The notes under the pieces: model-generated
The model's input: only the letters and a program-made list of their open reading frames with translations
Databases searched by the model: none
What the model was told of the DNA's origin: nothing
DNA from: Rubripirellula sp.
GTDB lineage: Bacteria > Planctomycetota > Planctomycetia > Pirellulales > Pirellulaceae
Assembly (NCBI GenBank): GCA_965216875.1
Contig: OZ244207.1
Coordinates: 1,248,001 to 1,312,000 of the forward strand
Length of the DNA: 64,000 nt
Direction of reading: 5' to 3'
Shown here: piece after piece, positions 59,319-64,000 of the stretch
Layout of the letters: every line of letters starts with the position of its first letter
How positions within the stretch are numbered: the stretch's first letter is position 1
Program-made: the position numbers and the translations under genes

Positions 59319-60626
59319 CTAATCTTTGACTCGCAATCGCACGACTTCGCCACTAACGGCTTCAAGCTGCTGGATCTCTTCGGTCGCTGCTTTGGCCGCG
59401 CCATCGGTTGCTTCGTGAGTCATGACGACCAGCGGAACCAGGCCTTCGTTGTCGCCTGATCCGGTGCTCTCATGTTGAATCACCGAAGCGATGGAAATGC
59501 GATGTTTGGCCAGGACGGCGGTGATGGCGGCGAGCGTGCCGGGGTGGTTGGCTACCTTCAAACGGAAGTAGAAACGACCTTTCAGTGTGTCGGCGTCACG
59601 CAGGATGACGCGTGGCGGCTGGTCGCTCGAAAAATACTCGAGCGTTTCGAACGTCAATCGTGTTCGGCCCACCGCGGTGTCGATCAAATCAGCGACGACG
59701 GCAGAGGCGGTCGGCATTTGGCCGGCACCGAGTCCGTGATAAAAGACCGGGCCTACCGCGTCACCGACGGCGCGAATGGCATTGAACGCGTCGCGGACTT
59801 CGGCGAGTGGTGTCCCGATGGGAACAAGCGTCGGAGCGACCGACAATTCGAGACCGTCCTCGGCAAGTTCGGCGACGGCGAGCAGCTTGATGCGATAGTC
59901 GAGTTCACGAGCGTAACGCAAATCGCTCGGGTCCAGATTGTCGATCCCTTGCCGCGGGATTTCGGACCAATCGGCGGTGGCGCCGAATGCCAAGTGCGCA
60001 AGGATCGCAAGTTTTTGAGCAGCATCGGTGCCGTCAACGTCCATGGTCGGATCGGCTTCGGCATAGCCGAGTTCTTGGGCGAGGCGAACGACGTCGGCGT
60101 ACTCGGCGCCCTTTTCATCCATCTGTGAGACGATGAAGTTGCTTGTTCCGTTGAGGATCCCTTCGAGCGAAACGATCTGATTCGCAGACAGGCATTGGCT
60201 GATGTTGGCGATGATCGGAATCCCACCTGCGACCGATGCTTCGAAGGCGATGGTGCGGCCGAGTTGTCGTGCTCGGGTAAAGAGCTCGGGGCCGTGTTCG
60301 GCGAGCAACGCCTTGTTGGCGGTCACGATGTCTTTGCCCGATTCGAGCAACTGGAGCATGATCGACCGGGCTGGTTCGAGGCCGCCAATCAGCTGGGCGA
60401 CCACAGTGATGTCGTCATCGTTGATGACATCTTCGACCGACTCGGTCAGGACGCCCTCGGGGACGTCAACGTCCCGCGGCTTGTTGAGGTCGCGCACGAC
60501 GGCCTTTTTCAGCCACATCGTCCGCCCAGCATGTCGGGCGGTGCGGTCGCCATGATCAAGCAATAACTTGGCAACGCCCGTTCCGACGGTGCCCATTCCC
60601 ACGATAGCTACGTTTGTCTTTTCCAT
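59319..60626 (-). CDS. hom: Homoserine dehydrogenase with ACT domain
   Basis: [33 protein letters not shown] and GYAEADP..DV.G.DAAQK motifs. Confidence 0.95.
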   Translation of the reverse strand: MEKTNVAIVGMGTVGTGVAKLLLDHGDRTARHAGRTMWLKKAVVRDLNKPRDVDVPEGVLTESVEDVINDDDITVVAQLIGGLEPARSIMLQLLESGKDIVTANKALLAEHGPELFTRARQLGRTIAFEASVAGGIPIIANISQCLSANQIVSLEGILNGTSNFIVSQMDEKGAEYADVVRLAQELGYAEADPTMDVDGTDAAQKLAILAHLAFGATADWSEIPRQGIDNLDPSDLRYARELDYRIKLLAVAELAEDGLELSVAPTLVPIGTPLAEVRDAFNAIRAVGDAVGPVFYHGLGAGQMPTASAVVADLIDTAVGRTRLTFETLEYFSSDQPPRVILRDADTLKGRFYFRLKVANHPGTLAAITAVLAKHRISIASVIQHESTGSGDNEGLVPLVVMTHEATDGAAKAATEEIQQLEAVSGEVVRLRVKD

Positions 60627-60808
60627 GACGGAGAATCGTAGCTGGAACGATTGAAAAGGACGAGGTGGGTGGGGGCATTTTCACAGCCGCCAGCCACGCG
60701 GCGGGCCAGATCGGCCAAACGCCACGAATCGAGTCGGTGGGCCAAAAGGACGGCCCCCGCCGGTAGGCGCAATTCGGCCATGCCGGTCGGCAGTATCAGG
60801 AAGAGCCG

Positions 60809-61906
60809 TTAGGCAGCGCGGCGTGTTTGGTGGATTCGGCGACTTGCTGCTTCGACCCGTTCTCGGACCATCGCGTGAGGCCCGATTTCGGTGGTGCCTG
60901 CGTTGGCGTACCACGCTCGTTGATCGATCGACTGCAAGACTTGTTCGGCGACGGCGACGGCTCGCGCTCCCGAGGCACCATCGACGGTCGGCGAAATCCC
61001 TGTTTGAATGCTGATCACAAAATCATGCAGTTCGTCCAGGATCGCGTTTCGAGGTTCGAGCTCGAGTGTCTCGCAGCGAAGTCGGCTGCTAAAGAGTTGG
61101 TCCTTGTAACTCAGCGGATCATCCGTATCGCTGGTCAGGTCGAACGAACGATCGACAACCGTTTCGCATGGACGCACGACCGACAGCGCTGGGGCTCCGA
61201 AGTCGATATCGGCAAAGCCGTTGCTGCCGAACACCTGCATCTGACGCGCTGGCGCGGGGCTGACGCGGGATGCTTTGAGGTTGGCGACCATGCCGCATTC
61301 GAATTCGATCCGCGTCTCGGCTAGGTCGTCGTGGCTGCTGATCAATGCCACACCGCTGCTTGAGATCGACTTGACGGAAGCATCGGTCATCGAAAGAACG
61401 AGGTCGATGTCGTGAATCATCAAGTCCATCACGACGCCAACGTCCAGGCAGCGTCCCGGGAAGCTTGAGGCGCGAACGGCTTCGACGTACTTGACGTCGA
61501 CGGCCAGTTCTTCGAGTGCCGTGAAGGCTGGATTGAAGCGTTCGACGTGGCCCACTTGAAGTGTGAGCTGCCGAGATGCCGCAAGCATCGCGATGCGCTG
61601 TGCATCGGCCGCGGCAACGGTCAACGGCTTTTCAACAAGCAAGTGCTTGCCAGCTTTGATCAATGTTTTGGCGATGTCGGCGTGGTAATCCGTTGGTGCG
61701 GCAATGATCGCTGCGTCAATGTCGTCGATGCAATCACGGTAGTCCGCATGCGTTGGCACCGAAAAGAGTTTTGCAGCATTGTCACGGGCTGCTTCGACGG
61801 GGTCGCTGATGGCGACCAGTTCCGCACCATCAACTTGCCCGAGTAGTTTGGCGTGGATACGACCGAGGTGGCCGGCACCGATGACTGCGATTTTGAGACG
61901 GCTCAT
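60809..61906 (-). CDS. Gfo/Idh/MocA oxidoreductase (GnnA-like)
   Basis: VIGAGHLGRIH, LVEKP, QVGHVERFNPA and DVGVVMDLMIHDID motifs; coupled to lpxA by an ATGA overlap. Confidence 0.85.
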   Translation of the reverse strand: MSRLKIAVIGAGHLGRIHAKLLGQVDGAELVAISDPVEAARDNAAKLFSVPTHADYRDCIDDIDAAIIAAPTDYHADIAKTLIKAGKHLLVEKPLTVAAADAQRIAMLAASRQLTLQVGHVERFNPAFTALEELAVDVKYVEAVRASSFPGRCLDVGVVMDLMIHDIDLVLSMTDASVKSISSSGVALISSHDDLAETRIEFECGMVANLKASRVSPAPARQMQVFGSNGFADIDFGAPALSVVRPCETVVDRSFDLTSDTDDPLSYKDQLFSSRLRCETLELEPRNAILDELHDFVISIQTGISPTVDGASGARAVAVAEQVLQSIDQRAWYANAGTTEIGPHAMVRERVEAASRRIHQTRRAA

Positions 61907-62712
61907 GCTGCGTTCCTCCGATCACGTCCGCGACCGTGGCGACCACCGCTGGTGTGATCAATGAAGTCGAACAAATGTTTCAATACGGGGCGGATCGGAC
62001 CGCTTTCCAGTAGTTCTTGTCGTGCTGCTTGGACACCAACGCGTGCTCGGTAAAGAAGCTTGTAGGCTTTCGAGACCGCTTGTACGTCGTCGTGTGGGAA
62101 GTCGTGGCGTTTGAGCCCGACGACGTTTGCTGCACGAGGTTTGGCGGGTTGGCCGTCAACAATCATGTAGGGAGGCACGTCGTGAAGCACGCGACTCATT
62201 GCGCTGATGAACGCCAATTGGCCGATCGATGCGAAATGGTGAACGCCGACGCCGCCGGCGATGGTGACGTCGTTGGCGATATGGACGTGTCCGCCGAGCA
62301 TGCCGTTGTTGGCCATCACAATGCGGTCGCCGAGGTGGCAATCATGCGCGATGTGGCCACCGACCATGAAGTAGTTGTTGTCGCCGATTCGGGTGACGCC
62401 CTCTTCCTTTTCTGTGCCGCGATGGACGGTACAGTTTTCTCGGAAGGTGTTGCAGTCACCGATTTCGACACGCGTGGGAGCGTCGCGGTAGCCCGTGTCC
62501 TGAGGATGGGCACCGATCACGCAACCTGGAAATAGGTGGTTGTTGCAGCCGATCGAGGTGATACCTGAGATGACGACGTGATCTTCGATGATCGTGTCGT
62601 CGCCGATGGTGGCGTCAGGTCCGATCACGCAGAAGTGACCGATGCGAACGTTGTTGCCGATGTTGGCCCGAGGGTCGACAACGGCGGTCTGTGCAATGGC
62701 AGGATTACTCAT
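61903..62712 (-). CDS. lpxA: UDP-GlcNAc acyltransferase
   Basis: Hexapeptide repeats; PQD, FRENCTVHRGT, HIAHDC, GVHHF..IG and DVPPY motifs. Confidence 0.92.
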   Translation of the reverse strand: MSNPAIAQTAVVDPRANIGNNVRIGHFCVIGPDATIGDDTIIEDHVVISGITSIGCNNHLFPGCVIGAHPQDTGYRDAPTRVEIGDCNTFRENCTVHRGTEKEEGVTRIGDNNYFMVGGHIAHDCHLGDRIVMANNGMLGGHVHIANDVTIAGGVGVHHFASIGQLAFISAMSRVLHDVPPYMIVDGQPAKPRAANVVGLKRHDFPHDDVQAVSKAYKLLYRARVGVQAARQELLESGPIRPVLKHLFDFIDHTSGGRHGRGRDRRNAA

Positions 62713-62802
62713 GATGTCTCCGGCAAAACAGTGCGGGGGTGTTTTTGCCAAAAAAGGGACAGACACTTTTTCCGAGGAAAAGGAGTCGTGGCACCTTTTT
62801 CG

Positions 62803-63699
62803 TCACGCGGCTCTTCGAGACTGGCTCGAGTGAGTCGCGTTGGTTGTTTGGTTGGCGGCGAGTTCGGCAAGGTGGCTGGCCATCTTGCCGTTCAATTTGT
62901 GTCCGCCTCGAAACGAAACAAAATTTCCGACCAGGTCGATTCCCGCCAGCGCGAGGTCACCGATCAAGTCGAGCGTTTTGTGTCTTGCGCACTCGTTGGT
63001 GTAACGGTATTCGTTATCAATCGGTCCTTCCGGTCCGATCACCAGCAAGTCTTGGTTGGATACGTGACTGGCAACGCCGGTGGCGCGAATCTCGTTGGCT
63101 TGCGCCTCGGTCACGAAGGTGCGTGCTGGAGCGACTTCGCGCGAAAACCTTCGCGGTGTCAGCTCGACGCGGTAATTCTGGTTTGGGATGGGCGACGGCC
63201 CATCGAAGCTCAGTTGGTATTCGAAGGTGGAGCGATTGCCACGCAGCGGGCTCGCTTCGATCCACCCGTCGACGCCACCGATGCGAATGTTTTGTTGGAT
63301 GAACAAGGTCGGTCGCGACTTGGCTTGCACGATCAGACCAGCGTGGCGAAGCGCATCGACAATGGCTTTGCTGCTGCCGTCGAGTCCTGGAAGCTCCTCG
63401 CCATCGATTTCGACAATGCAGTTGTCGATTTCGAGTGCGTACAGAGCGGCCATCAGGTGTTCGACCATCTGGAATTGTGCGTCGCCGCTATGAAGGTTGG
63501 TTCGCAGCGAAGCGTCTTGTCGCTGAGAAACATGTGCGGCGCATTCGGGCGAACCGTCGAGATCGGTTCGCACGAGTTTGACTCCCGTGCCACTTTGGGC
63601 GGGATGAATCGCAACGCTGACTTCTTGGCCAGTCCAATACCCTTTTCCTGAGAAAGAGCACGAAGCTGCGATCGTGTGTTCGTTGCGTGAAGTGATCAC
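62803..63699 (-). CDS. lpxC: UDP-3-O-acyl-GlcNAc deacetylase
   Basis: VEHLMAAL..IDN, P.LDGSS, APARTF, NECARHKTLDLIGDL and GGHKLN motifs. Confidence 0.92.
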   Translation of the reverse strand: MITSRNEHTIAASCSFSGKGYWTGQEVSVAIHPAQSGTGVKLVRTDLDGSPECAAHVSQRQDASLRTNLHSGDAQFQMVEHLMAALYALEIDNCIVEIDGEELPGLDGSSKAIVDALRHAGLIVQAKSRPTLFIQQNIRIGGVDGWIEASPLRGNRSTFEYQLSFDGPSPIPNQNYRVELTPRRFSREVAPARTFVTEAQANEIRATGVASHVSNQDLLVIGPEGPIDNEYRYTNECARHKTLDLIGDLALAGIDLVGNFVSFRGGHKLNGKMASHLAELAANQTTNATHSSQSRRAA

Positions 63700-63870
63700 G
63701 CTGCGGCCTCCCTGCCGTCCAGCCGACAAATCCTTCTGTCGGCATTGTGATGCGTGAACGTCTCGGTCAATCGGACCAGGACATAAATTGGATAGGTTTC
63801 GCCGCAGAATGCGGCGTCACAGACAAGTCCGTAACGCCGCGATGAGATCTGGAGCGGATCGGATTGGCAA

Positions 63871-64000
63871 TTATTTGCGAGCGGGAGTTCCGCCAGCAAC
63901 CTCGACACCCTTCATGGTTTGGTCAAGGTATTGCATCACGCCTTTGGTCATGTCCAGGGCGTCGTCGTGATAAACGACACTCTTCATCACGCCACGGATC
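63871..64000 (-). CDS. skp: 3' end of a probable OmpH/Skp chaperone (truncated by the window)
   Basis: Minus frame IRGVMKSVVYHDDALDMTKGVMQYL...ARK* resembles the Skp C-terminus (Y....D.T..V...L); lies upstream of lpxC-lpxA. Confidence 0.55.
   Translation of the reverse strand, partial: IRGVMKSVVYHDDALDMTKGVMQYLDQTMKGVEVAGGTPARK

Overview
Bacterial chromosomal window from a planctomycete, most likely Pirellulaceae (Rhodopirellula/Stieleria-like). This is inferred from the DUF1553/PSCyt cytochrome, the PVC-type CxxCH protein, PQQ-propeller and sulfatase genes, and dense intergenic palindromic repeats. Housekeeping genes include coaB-pyrD, tmRNA, an RluA-family synthase, tilS, rny, a complete phoR-pstSCAB-phoU-phoB locus, natAB, hom and skp-lpxC-lpxA. 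An imuA-imuB cassette has a candidate LexA box. An accessory block lies at ~9.3-19 kb. The strongest hidden signal there is a secreted two-domain rhodanese whose catalytic Cys codon is an in-frame UGA followed by a SECIS-like hairpin, so it is a probable selenoprotein that the ORF track truncates. It is translationally coupled to a GxxExxY PD-(D/E)xK nuclease gene, which lies next to an array of five ~176-bp units, each bounded by inverted arms of 3x10-bp repeats. Other candidates are a structured RNA upstream of rny, beta-clamp-like motifs on ImuA, ImuB and a neighbouring small protein, a three-repeat Pho box, and a GnnA-like gene coupled to lpxA. All assignments come from motif reading by eye; no searches were run.
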